From IMG/VR virus record IMGVR_UViG_3300028800_000057: a DNA stretch of 64,000 nt. One strand, given 5' to 3'. Shown piece by piece: positions 47,717-57,290 of the stretch. The notes under the pieces were generated by a model that worked only from the letters and a program-made list of their open reading frames with translations, was not told where the DNA came from and made no database searches. The position numbers were made by a program, and so were the translations under genes. The DNA comes from a virus (lineage: Duplodnaviria > Heunggongvirae > Uroviricota > Caudoviricetes). Position 1 is the first letter of the stretch. Each line of letters opens with the position of its first letter.

Positions 47717-48571
47717 GTGTTATCTAAATTCGTTACTTTTTTCGCGCTATTGGTACTCTCATGCTCAGTAATGCAATCAGGGTCTGAGAATTCATCTTCA
47801 GAGCAAAGTGGCCTCGGTGAAGTCAAAGCAAGCATACAAATCGCGTCCGGAGTGGACATCACTCAAATCGCATACACGCTAGCTTGCACCCCAACACCGG
47901 TGCCCAGCCAAGTAGCCACTGGTGTTTGGCAGGTTAATTCCGACATCAATGGTAGGGCAAAGGTGAATGGATCCATTGGTGGGCTTGACCCAAATGACAC
48001 CTGTACCTTGGTGCTTTCGGCTCAAGACTCTTGGGGGCAAGCCAATGGCAACATCCAAAACTGTCGAGGCGAAGCAGACGGGCTACAAGTTGATGGCGCT
48101 GTAGTTCAAATGAATGTGGTGTGCACCGACAACAACGTTGCTGGACCAAACTCAGGGAATGTTACGGCCAACATCACGGTGTCTCAAGGCGCACCCTATC
48201 AGTGCAGCGGCATTGCCTGGTATACTAGTTCAGAAGCTTGGTCACCTATTCAGTATGTAGGGGATACCTTTTCCTTGAACATGGGAGTTACCGTCCCAAC
48301 CTCACCACAAACTGTCACATGGTCCAGTAACCACCTCGGTGCCTATTGGTATCAAGGCGCTACATACACAAATGTCTTTACTCTGACCGGGAATCCTGCG
48401 ACAGACCCAGCCACATCGGGCAACCCAGCGGCTCAGGTGATGTATTGCTATGCAAGTGGCAACTTCACCATTACCCTGACTGTCCAAGACCTGACTCCTG
48501 GCCTTCTCATCAACGGGCAACCCGGGCTTTGCCCGGCCTATTCGAACACGTTCCCCATTACCTGCTACTGA
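47717..48571 (+). CDS. Putative lipoprotein, Cys-rich beta-sandwich
   Basis: MLSKFVTFFALLVLSC lipobox-like; multiple Cys pairs. Confidence 0.75.
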   Translation: MLSKFVTFFALLVLSCSVMQSGSENSSSEQSGLGEVKASIQIASGVDITQIAYTLACTPTPVPSQVATGVWQVNSDINGRAKVNGSIGGLDPNDTCTLVLSAQDSWGQANGNIQNCRGEADGLQVDGAVVQMNVVCTDNNVAGPNSGNVTANITVSQGAPYQCSGIAWYTSSEAWSPIQYVGDTFSLNMGVTVPTSPQTVTWSSNHLGAYWYQGATYTNVFTLTGNPATDPATSGNPAAQVMYCYASGNFTITLTVQDLTPGLLINGQPGLCPAYSNTFPITCY

Positions 48572-48586
48572 CAATTAGGGTGGTTT

Positions 48587-48630
48587 CCAAATGCGTTCCA
48601 TGATGCTCATGGAACGCATTTGGTTTAATT
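48587..48630 (+). terminator. Rho-independent terminator
   Basis: 17-bp perfect stem CCAAATGCGTTCCATGA/TCATGGAACGCATTTGG followed by TTTAATT. Confidence 0.75.
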
Positions 48631-48666
48631 GATTGAGAATATCGGAGCTCGCGCGTAATACTCAGC

Positions 48667-48933
48667 ATGGCTACTACTACTACCACTAAGTTTCACGGGA
48701 CCGTCGAGTACTTGGTTGGGCAACATGCGGCCATCGTAGAACTCACTGACGGGATGGGGGAGTGGGCGGGGGCCAGTCGGATTGACCTACGGCCCGTTGC
48801 CTTTGAGACCCGAGAGGGTCTTCAGTCGCGTCTTTATGAGGCTGGGTACATTCGAGCCAGCGCTTCCGCTGCTTCTAAGGGTGGCCGACTTGAAACCTAT
48901 AAGACTACTACTTTTCAACTTTCTTGTTGCTAA
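48667..48933 (+). CDS. Hypothetical protein, probably leaderless
   Basis: Class A promoter, ATG 7 nt after CGTAAT. Confidence 0.7.
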   Translation: MATTTTTKFHGTVEYLVGQHAAIVELTDGMGEWAGASRIDLRPVAFETREGLQSRLYEAGYIRASASAASKGGRLETYKTTTFQLSCC

Positions 48934-49162
48934 ACGTTGAGCTGGTGCGTAATAGCCTACATGACTATTACAAGAGGGGCCATAGCTGTTGGTGACAAGG
49001 TAACTTACCGGGATGAGGGTCTCCGGAAAGAATACAAGGTATTCATGATTCTCCCTTGTACATGCCCTATGTGTCAGGTAGGGGACACGTTCTTGGTGGA
49101 CCTTCCTAGCTTGCTCAACAGCGAGATGAAAAGGCATGTAGGGCACGAGATGATTGAGAGGG

Positions 49163-49900
49163 CTAGGCCCCTACCATCTCCTTCCACCGGTTCACGATCA
49201 TCTCAGTGAAGGGTATCGATGGGGTCCCGTAGCAACCTAGTGCCCAGGCGTCGTTGACTTCGACTAGGAGGGTGCGACCGTCGTCGGTGACACCAAGGTC
49301 GAGAGAGTAGCCGACGGGAGCGTCCTTGAAGCACTTGATAGCTTGAGTGGCCACATCCAAGTTGGGGAAGATAGAGCAGTCCCCCTTGTAGTGTCGGCAG
49401 GCGAAGATGAGGCCTTGGTGGATGAGAACTCGGTACTCGGAGACGAAGTTGACGACGTTGGATTCCCAGATAGGAGTGTTTTCGTCGAAGGTGTTCAATC
49501 GGATCTGGTCTTCGATGCTTCCTGAGTAGAGGAAGCCATTGAATAGCTTGGTCCCGCCCCGGGGCTTAACAAAGATGGATCGCGAGCTGGTGCGCCGTCT
49601 TAGGTAGCCCATGGTAGATGGGTTGATGTGACGGCCGAAGATCCCTTGGAGGCTTGGTGGGTAGTCTTGGACTTCGGGGAGAGGAACTCCTAGAAGGTTC
49701 AGGGCCGCTACTACGTGGGGGACCCCTCCGTGAACGAGGGTATTCTTGGTCAGCTCGCCTTGGATGTCACGGGTGAACGTGTATAGTTGGGTGGGTATGT
49801 CCAAGATCCTGCAGCCAGACCAAACAGCGAAAGCTGTCTCATCAATGGGCATCTTGGTTTCAAGGGACGCTTGGATGAAGGCCTTTTCAATACCGAGCAT
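49163..49900 (-). CDS. ATP-grasp domain protein (DUF4343/R2K-like)
   Basis: FVKP...KLF.G, FVSEYRV, YSLDLGV......LVEVND..ALG.YG. Confidence 0.85.
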   Translation of the reverse strand: MLGIEKAFIQASLETKMPIDETAFAVWSGCRILDIPTQLYTFTRDIQGELTKNTLVHGGVPHVVAALNLLGVPLPEVQDYPPSLQGIFGRHINPSTMGYLRRRTSSRSIFVKPRGGTKLFNGFLYSGSIEDQIRLNTFDENTPIWESNVVNFVSEYRVLIHQGLIFACRHYKGDCSIFPNLDVATQAIKCFKDAPVGYSLDLGVTDDGRTLLVEVNDAWALGCYGTPSIPFTEMIVNRWKEMVGA

Positions 49901-50180
49901 GGATCACCGGGTCTTGCCTTGGCGCATACGCTCGGCTCGTTCTAGGTTGAGTTTGGTTGCTGGGAAGTAGCTTGGTAGATCTCGAAGCGCTCCGTTGGTA
50001 TAGCCAATGACTTTACCAGTAATACGGGAGATAGAGATTCCATTCTCAAGACGAACCATAGTAGGTGTGACCCATATCGCTTCATGGTCCTCTACCATTT
50101 GCCCCTTGAAGCCTAGGAACTTGTCACCGGGTTTAGCTCGGTTGTATGCATATGCGTCAGTTGCTTTCATCCTAACTAAG

Positions 50181-50969
50181 TCACAATCGATCAAAGATCC
50201 TGACCTCTGTGACACCGTCGGTGGTCTCGAGGCGGATGGTTTGGTCGTCGATGACTACCGTCAAGACTGCAGAAGCAGGGAGGTCCCCAAGTTGGAGGTA
50301 GACGTCGACTGGGATACCTAGGTTTCGGAAGGCGGTGACGAGGTTCCTGAGCTGGTAGGGTCCAGCATCCGGGGTCCTCCAGGAAGATTCAAAATGGGAT
50401 CCTGGTACTACTCGGTCCAGGAGACTCTGAACATTACGTTCTTGTTGAATAGCTTGGGCGACCGGGCTTGGGCTAAACAAATGGTTCAAAGCTTCAGGTA
50501 GTACCCCCTCTCCATCTCTTCTGATGAGAGTTAGGATAGGTGCAAGCTCTTGCCGGATGATGTCATCGACACCCTCTAGGTTGGCTCCTGGGGTTCTCGA
50601 GTACTCGCTAATTCGTACTCTGATGGCATCTCCCGCACGAGTCCAGATAGCAGCAGCGGTAGTGGTTCTTGAGAGGTGGCGTCTGATCTCTCCAAGCCAG
50701 ACCTGACTTCGAAGAACGGCTTGTCTCTCGAATTCACTTTGAGGAGCCACGTTCCCCTCTGGGCCTTCGAAGTCAGGGACAAATTCCCCATGCTCCATTG
50801 GTAACTCTATATTACGGGTGAGTAGCTCAGGGTCTACTGGCCATCGTGGCATACGCCTGTTCGATACGGGGATCTCGGCGCACGGGTTGGGTGGGTCCGG
50901 CTGGGGCGGGCTTTGCCTACGATTGGGCCGGACCACCTTCCAGAATAATTCGTAATCTTCGTCGGCCAC
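50181..50969 (-). CDS. Hypothetical protein, partial paralog of 60121-60720
   Basis: DED.E.FW..VRP.R N-terminal motif shared. Confidence 0.7.
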   Translation of the reverse strand: MADEDYELFWKVVRPNRRQSPPQPDPPNPCAEIPVSNRRMPRWPVDPELLTRNIELPMEHGEFVPDFEGPEGNVAPQSEFERQAVLRSQVWLGEIRRHLSRTTTAAAIWTRAGDAIRVRISEYSRTPGANLEGVDDIIRQELAPILTLIRRDGEGVLPEALNHLFSPSPVAQAIQQERNVQSLLDRVVPGSHFESSWRTPDAGPYQLRNLVTAFRNLGIPVDVYLQLGDLPASAVLTVVIDDQTIRLETTDGVTEVRIFDRL

Positions 50970-51038
50970 GGGTGGTACACTACCACCGGGTTTACAAGAA
51001 GGACACTTCTTTTGATCTATTGATAACTGCGGGTACGT

Positions 51039-52526
51039 ATGTCTGCTGATCTGATTCAGAGAGTAGGGCTTTGCCTCAAAAGGGTTGACTTTTGAATAAG
51101 TTCTATTACGCTGGAATCAGGTCTCATTCCTTCGACCAAAAGCGAGGGTTACGACCACTCGCTAAAGCCTCCGGTTAGGAGGGTCTCATACTTTTGAGGC
51201 AAAGAGAGAGTAGCGTCAAGATTCATCGAGGCATCAGCGCCTATCTCCGTAAAGGAAGTTGACGGAAGGATTGAAGTCTCTGGGCCTTATGACAAGATGA
51301 AGGACTTGATCCCTTACCTACGTGGGAAATTCGAGTATCGCGGTCATGACCACACTTGGTGGGAATCCAAAGCGAAAATGACCCCTCTGAAGATTAAGAA
51401 TCTTCAGAAGAAGGTTGATGCGGTCAATGGGAAATTTGGCCCCAACCCTGTGAAGGTGGAAGAGCCAGCGGATGCTAAGGCGGTCAGGATTGAGGAAGCC
51501 AAAAAGCTGCTCAGTAAAGCGATCCATATACGGGTTACTGGATTGATCTTTAGTCCCATCGGGGTCGATGGTGCTCAATTGACAGGAGCTCTTACTGATC
51601 TGAGGGTGTTGATTAACATGTCTGGTGGGGATTATGGCCCAGAGTTCTCGAAGTTCTATGTGCAGAATATCAAACCAGTAGAGTTTAGTAAGCTCCTGGA
51701 CGCGATTGAGGACCAGGGTAGGCTTGTGGCCAAGTCCCTTGCTGATCTGTCTAGTATAATTCCGCGCAAGTTCCCGAGCTTGCAGATTAACGTGGGGACC
51801 AATAACGGGAGCTACTTGTTCGTAGTCTCTGGAAAGACCTATGACTTCAAGGATGATATCAAAAAGCTGGTACCGGTAACATTCAATGGTCAAGGGAGTT
51901 TCTGGTGGGCTCCAGTCCATCAGGTTAAGGAAGCTCAAGTAAAGAAGCTAATTGAGTATCTCGAGAGTGAAGAGCGGGCGAGAGCTGAGAAATGGAAGGC
52001 TGAAAAGGTGGAGAGGACACCTACCGAGAAAGCGAAGAGGCCTAATCGTAGAGGGGATCATTGCTTAAACTGCGGGGCGTGGGTAGATGCTGGTGATGGT
52101 TACTTAGTAGACCATTGGGACAATGATGAGGACGAGCTAGTCTATAAGGTGGTTCACTCTGATCCTAGTGTCTGCGCTGAAGTCAAAGAGGCGGCCAGAA
52201 TACGCCGTGAAAAGGCTAATACGAAGCGTGAGGCTCAGGGAAACTTGTATAAGCTTTGTGCAAAGTCAGAGTACTATGTACAAGGTACAGGACATCGACC
52301 CCCAGGTGAGCAGATCTGGATTGACAAGACTGCACTCGGATATGGGGGTGGGACGTGGGTAGTTATTGAACCCGGTGATAACTACTTCTGGTATGTCAAG
52401 AATAACGGGGCTGACGGGGACGATTGGTCCAACAACAATGTCTCGACAGGTGGTGCTGGGGCCATTGGATATCGACTTCCGATGACAGAAGAAGCGCGCG
52501 TTCTCATTGACGTGGCAAAGGAGTAG
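51039..52526 (+). CDS. Gene split by a 147-bp insertion; restored product about 446 aa (MSADLIQRVASRFIEAS...), downstream part annotated from 51297
   Basis: Removing 51067-51213 fuses ATG 51039 in frame with the 51297-52526 ORF. Confidence 0.75.
51067..51204. mobile_element. 138-bp MITE-like insertion
   Basis: 14-bp TIRs CTTTGCCTCAAAAG (51069-82) / CTTTTGAGGCAAAG (51191-204); 9-bp direct repeat AGAGAGTAG (51058-66, 51205-13). Confidence 0.85.
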
Positions 52527-52535
52527 AGGTTAGCT

Positions 52536-53219
52536 ATGTCAGATCCCATTGTTGAGGTGGTGGTGCTCCGTTACAAGAAGGCTGCCGAGAGTTGGCTCAC
52601 CGAAACCAGTGATCAACTACCTCTTGAGGATGCAGAAGTATACATCAGGGAAGATGTCAAGCTAGTTCGTTGGTACAAGGCCAAGTGCTTGTACCTAGTC
52701 CCGATATTCAGAAGGCTGGCAGAACCGTTAGAAGCCCCCCAGATATTGGTCTCTGCAGATCGGATAGAGAAACGAGTTCAGGAGCTGGATCAGCTCATGG
52801 CGTTAGTTCAGGAAGGCGCCAAGCTGTTCAAGAAGGCTCAGAGTGAATTTGACCAACTCATCGAGGATCTTGCAGATAAGAAGCCTCGAAGGGGTGGGCT
52901 CATTGAGGCTGTCTACGACCTACCGAGTATTGAATCCATCCTCAAAGTAGCCAAGGACGCTCGTAAGATCCAGGACCGTTTCGTCAGGGAGGATGATGAC
53001 TACCATATCGACTGGGTATTGGAGGAGTATCTTGGCTCCGAGGCTGGGATTGGTAAGAAGATAGAGAAGAATGGGGCCAACCTTAATGGGTGGTTCACGG
53101 ACCGGTTCGTGGGCGTGTGGGTTCTATATGGTTTCGTGAAGTACTTCGTCGACACTGACTACATTCAATCGATGGTGGACGAGGTTCGATCCAATAAAGA
53201 AGTGGATGATAAGCCTTGA
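52536..53219 (+). CDS. Hypothetical helical protein
   Basis: 227-aa ORF. Confidence 0.7.
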   Translation: MSDPIVEVVVLRYKKAAESWLTETSDQLPLEDAEVYIREDVKLVRWYKAKCLYLVPIFRRLAEPLEAPQILVSADRIEKRVQELDQLMALVQEGAKLFKKAQSEFDQLIEDLADKKPRRGGLIEAVYDLPSIESILKVAKDARKIQDRFVREDDDYHIDWVLEEYLGSEAGIGKKIEKNGANLNGWFTDRFVGVWVLYGFVKYFVDTDYIQSMVDEVRSNKEVDDKP

Positions 53220-53257
53220 AAACTCGCTTACTGGTGTAGTATTGTCACTGGTAAGCT

Positions 53258-53626
53258 ATGAAGACTAGAATTTCGTATATAGAAGAGATGTGCAGAAGGC
53301 TCCCTTGGATGGGTAAATCCAAGGTTGAAGAGTTCTTACAGGCTCAAGCTGCAGCCATTACTGATGCGCTTAACGCTGATAGCGGTGGGGTTCCGACGGT
53401 GGTGATACCTGGGGTGGTCAAGATCACATCGAAGTACCGGGCGCCTCAACCTGAAAGAATACGCAGAAATCCTATTACAGGGGCCCCGCTAGTAGTTGGA
53501 GCTAAACCGGCATCACGCAAGCTAAAGGCCAAGTTCACTACGAGTATCTGTGCGGCAACCGGTGGTTTGGTGGCGACCGTACACGGACCTGGGGCTAAGA
53601 CTCGAGAGAAGCAGGAAGCCTCCTGA
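53258..53626 (+). CDS. HU/IHF-like DNA-binding protein
   Basis: IPGVVKI...R...ER.RRNPITG....VGAKPASRKLKAKF. Confidence 0.85.
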   Translation: MKTRISYIEEMCRRLPWMGKSKVEEFLQAQAAAITDALNADSGGVPTVVIPGVVKITSKYRAPQPERIRRNPITGAPLVVGAKPASRKLKAKFTTSICAATGGLVATVHGPGAKTREKQEAS

Positions 53627-53914
53627 TGACGGCCAAGTGTACGGTATGTGCGATCCCGTACGGTGAAACTCAATGTGTAACCTGTGGTGCTGAAGCACCA
53701 CAGGTTGAAGTTGGGCTTGTGCGAGAGCTGTATGAAGTAGGAAGTAATGGCCCACCGATACTCACTACAATAATGAGTATCCGGGAAGGTGTCGAAGTCG
53801 AGCCCGTTCGATGTGACAAGTGCGGCGAGTTGACGGTCAGCCACATTGAGAGTCCGGATGGGAAGAAAGGGTGCCTCAAGTGCTTTAGAGAGTTCTTGAA
53901 GCTAAGAGAACCGC

Positions 53915-54115
53915 TCAGTCAAATACCCGAGCCAACTCTTCCCGGACGATTGTCCTCAACGGACCTTCCTCTTCAGGTCGATTCTGCCAAAGTCTTGTGA
54001 TCTCTCGAGTTAGAAGATCGGCCGTAAACTCAGATAGGGTTTGACTATTGCCTCTTGCTAGTAGCCTAGCTTTCGCATTGGTCTCGTTGTCTACTTCGGT
54101 TGTTATGTGTTTCAT
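53915..54115 (-). CDS. Ribbon-helix-helix-like regulator
   Basis: MKHITTEVD.ET..KA..LA......TLSEF..DLL. Confidence 0.65.
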   Translation of the reverse strand: MKHITTEVDNETNAKARLLARGNSQTLSEFTADLLTREITRLWQNRPEEEGPLRTIVREELARVFD

Positions 54116-54190
54116 GGGTAACCTCCTTGAGTCCTAGCTTGTACCTAGTTTCTCTGGTTGGCAAGGAGTTCAGGTGCATATTCCCACATG

Positions 54191-54239
54191 AATTCCACTA
54201 ATTAGACACATGATCATCATGTGTCTAATTAGTGGAATT
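54191..54239. repeat. Perfect 49-bp palindrome (24-bp arms, 1-nt centre)
   Basis: AATTCCACTAATTAGACACATGAT-C-ATCATGTGTCTAATTAGTGGAATT. Confidence 0.92.
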
Positions 54240-54421
54240 GAAATGATTTGAACTCAAAAGGTCTCCGGTGTAGATAGTACTTAGCCGACGGCTTAGCGGT
54301 CGATAGTCCAGGGGTTGTTGTGCGCACCCTCTCCCTGGTGAGATGCCCAGCTTCCGTGTTCGGTGGGGAACCGAGGCCAGGTTCCTGACACAAGTCAGGA
54401 ACCTGGCCTTCTCCTTATCCA

Positions 54422-54772
54422 TTAGTTGGCGTTGGGTACAACCTGGGTGAAGCGTACTCTACCGCCCTCAATGAAGTGTGGATCTAGGACCACCTTGATA
54501 TGCTCTGCCCCTGGGACATCAAAGCTGGTCAAAAAGTCAGGACCATCTTCAACCTGTTTGATGGTGTACCTCTGTATATGCAGCCGATCCATCATATCCC
54601 TGAGCTTGTCGACATCGGTGAAGCAAGGCAGGTACTGATAGTTGGATCCGGGCATCATAAAGAAGTGAGGTTGGGTTCCATCCCACGGGAATACCGTCCC
54701 GGTTAGGTTTACTGTTTTCTCAGTGGTTCCTTCTACTCGATGAGGTTCCAGCATCCCTGCACAGTAGCACAA
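54422..54772 (-). CDS. Hypothetical (SseB-N-like YLPCFT motif)
   Basis: 116-aa ORF. Confidence 0.55.
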   Translation of the reverse strand: MCYCAGMLEPHRVEGTTEKTVNLTGTVFPWDGTQPHFFMMPGSNYQYLPCFTDVDKLRDMMDRLHIQRYTIKQVEDGPDFLTSFDVPGAEHIKVVLDPHFIEGGRVRFTQVVPNAN

Positions 54773-54776
54773 TCAC

Positions 54777-55106
54777 TTGTGGAATAGAACAAGTATGAAG
54801 CTCAAGCCGGTAGTAGACGACACAGGGAAACTTCGCGGGTACGCATTCTTCTGCCCCGGGTGCGACGGGGCACACATATTTTACACGACGGGGACCGTCG
54901 TCTGGGCGTTCGATGGGAACCAAGAGAGCCCTACGTTCAGTCCTTCATTGCTGAACACTTGCCCTAATCACCCGGACCCGAAGCAGCACCGGTGTCATCT
55001 GAACCTTACGGCCGGGAAGATTCAGTACCACGGGGACTGCAGTCACGACCTTGTTGGGAAGTTAATTGACCTACCAGAGTGGCCTTGGGCACCCGGAGAG
55101 GTGTAG
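54777..55106 (+). CDS. DUF6527-like Cys/His protein
   Basis: F.CPGC...H...W.FDGN.ESPTFSPS...CH..LT.G.IQY..DCSH.L.G. Confidence 0.75.
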   Translation: MWNRTSMKLKPVVDDTGKLRGYAFFCPGCDGAHIFYTTGTVVWAFDGNQESPTFSPSLLNTCPNHPDPKQHRCHLNLTAGKIQYHGDCSHDLVGKLIDLPEWPWAPGEV

Positions 55107-55252
55107 CCTAGAGTATCGTCTGGAGCGCTCGGAGCTGAATGGTTTTGCATAGCTACTGAGGCCGTGTGGCTGCTGATGGTTAGGGATAGGCCAGCACCGT
55201 AGTGCAATGCGGAGCTGGCCGTTTCTCTTTACTTGGCAATGCTCCTAAGTGG

Positions 55253-55392
55253 TTGATTTTGTAAGTTGGGTGAGTTATGATCTCATTGAATCAGGATACA
55301 TTCTTGATTTATTGGTTTTGTTCTTTCGACCAAAAGCGAGGATTATGATCACTCGCTAATGTCCCAGGTTAGGGAGTCCTTTTAGGGCAAAG
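55253..55392 (+). ncRNA. Promoter plus tracr-like structured RNA homologous to 51085-51204
   Basis: TTGATT-N17-TATGAT, GAATCAGG, TTCGACCAAAAGCGAGG-attatgatc-ACTCGCTAA, GGTTAGG loop, GGCAAAGAG. Confidence 0.6.
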
Positions 55393-55394
55393 AG

Positions 55395-55721
55395 GTGTCT
55401 GACTATCTTGAAACCAAGCATGAGTTGAGGGAACTCAAGAATACCTTCGTAGCAGTCACGACTCGAGTAGAAGCGGTGGATGCCTACTCACATGAGGTCG
55501 CTGAGCGCAGTCATGACCTCAAGGAGACGGTGGCTCAGCTCTCGGGGTACCTGGCTGGGATACTTCCGAAGGCTGGTGTGAAGGTCCCAGGGGCTGAGCC
55601 AGGGGCTATCAGCATGGAGATTGTCTCTGACCCACTTCCCATGAACGAGAAGCGTCAACGCCCGGTGAACGTCCACACCCGGGTGCCGGCACCCAAGCCC
55701 AATGACAGTTCAGGTCGATAG
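55395..55721 (+). CDS. Hypothetical coiled-coil protein
   Basis: 108-aa ORF followed by a terminator. Confidence 0.65.
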   Translation: MSDYLETKHELRELKNTFVAVTTRVEAVDAYSHEVAERSHDLKETVAQLSGYLAGILPKAGVKVPGAEPGAISMEIVSDPLPMNEKRQRPVNVHTRVPAPKPNDSSGR

Positions 55722-55735
55722 CTAATAGGATAGGC

Positions 55736-55775
55736 GAAAGGCCAGTGATTTCAAGGAGCTCACTGGCCTTTCTTT
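55736..55775 (+). terminator. Rho-independent terminator
   Basis: GAAAGGCCAGTGA/TCACTGGCCTTTC stem followed by TTT. Confidence 0.75.
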
Positions 55776-56861
55776 ACCATCGGCAACAATTTGTTAGGCT
55801 CTACACCTAAAACCTAACCATATCGAGGGGCTGGGATTCTGCACCCTTACCGTATGAGTGAACCGGTTATGCCAGAGTCTTGTCCTGTTTTGGTCTATTG
55901 TTCAGGATTCCCCTAGTATCTACACCTTGTACTCAATACTTTGCAAGTGCATTCAACTGAATATCTGGGATAGTTGACAATTGACGACTACCCTAGTATC
56001 AGAATAAGCTATGTACCAAGAGGATCTTATCCATGTAGTATCTGTGCTTCTGTCTCTATGCGGACCTGAGGCTGGATATCTTGAGTACAAGGAAGGCTCT
56101 GTAGAAGATCCTGGGGGTGAGTTTGATGAAGCGCTGGCGCTTGGATGGGTTGTGAAGGAGAGCGAGGGCGGGCCTTGGTGGAGGATCAATGTGTCACCGA
56201 AGGGCACTGAGTTGGTAGAACAGATCTTCAAGGCAACCGGTGTCGAGATAACTCAATGAAGTTCCCATGGTTTCATAGGCCCAAGAAACTGAGCTTAGTC
56301 GATTCTCAGCTCAAGAGGTTGTACTCTAACACCGCTCGAACCTTTGGGTTGCGCGGGCGTGCACTCACGGTCTCAGTCAAGGCTCAGATGGGTTTTCCCT
56401 ATCACACGGAGCAAGAGTTCCTTGAGAGGATTGCGATCCTCATTCATGCTCTCGTATTAGAGGGTAACCTTGACGAGGCGGTAGCTGAACTTAGGAAGCT
56501 TCGGGATACTCCGCTCCACCATGATCAGTGATTATGATCTCGAAGTCATCTGTCAGAAGGTACTTGCCGCTGACGAGAACCGATTCACGATTGTGCTACA
56601 TAAGCACGGCAAGTCGGTTCTAGGCCACCTGGTTGGTAAGGTATCGATGATGGTCCCGAAGTCAGAATTGTCGAAGGATCTTCTTCTCCGCGCCCATCAG
56701 ATGTTGGCTAAGTTGTTGGATACACCCAGTAATTAGCACTCACACTGGTATGGGTTCCCAGGTATCGGGGCGCATACTAAGGGGAAACCCTAGAAAAGGT
56801 GTTCCATAAATCGATTTATCAAGAAAAAGATGTTGAGATCTGACACCGGTGGCGCGTAATA

Positions 56862-57290
56862 GTGGGCATGGAACATCAAACCCAGATTACAGATGAACAA
56901 GAAGTCCACTCCTCCGTACATCTTACTCGAGTTACGGTACCACCACCGGCTGAAGCCCTAGTGTTAGTTCAAAGTGAAAGAGCATTGGCGCGAATTAGTA
57001 AAGCACAGGAGCAAGCTAATAAGGCACGGGAGCAAGGGGACATCGTCGTCACGGTGAAAGAGCAACCCGAGCTAATCAATAGCGTGGCCAGGATGTTGGA
57101 TGTAAATCCTATCTCAGTTGCTATACACCTGGCAATAATCAACAAGACGCTTATCCAAGCAGTTTTCGTTGACGGTAAGCTTCGACGTGATCGTGCAGCC
57201 CGTAGACCCCTCAACAACCTTAACTTCTCCGGGCCGTCTTTTGGCCAACGAAGTATCGAGTTGGTCCTGACGATGAGTTTGGTGGTATGA
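56862..57290 (+). CDS. Hypothetical protein (start ATG 56868)
   Basis: Class A promoter 56833-56860. Confidence 0.65.
   Translation: MGMEHQTQITDEQEVHSSVHLTRVTVPPPAEALVLVQSERALARISKAQEQANKAREQGDIVVTVKEQPELINSVARMLDVNPISVAIHLAIINKTLIQAVFVDGKLRRDRAARRPLNNLNFSGPSFGQRSIELVLTMSLVV

Noticed and set aside
51170-51185. c-di-GMP-I riboswitch (GCTAAAGCCTCCGG resembles GCAAAGCCTCCGG)
   Set aside because: No GNRA tetraloop/receptor or GGCAAA P1, and the homologous copy at 55355 lacks the motif
54191-54239. Protelomerase (tel) site
   Set aside because: Odd 1-nt centre is unlike known tel sites and no protelomerase gene is seen in the window
55188-55230. tRNA-like element
   Set aside because: Single GGCCAGC/GCTGGCC hairpin followed by a T-rich run, more consistent with a terminator; no T-loop or cloverleaf
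55235-55392. Second intact MITE insertion
   Set aside because: Left TIR is degenerate and there is no flanking duplication; kept only as an RNA-motif homolog
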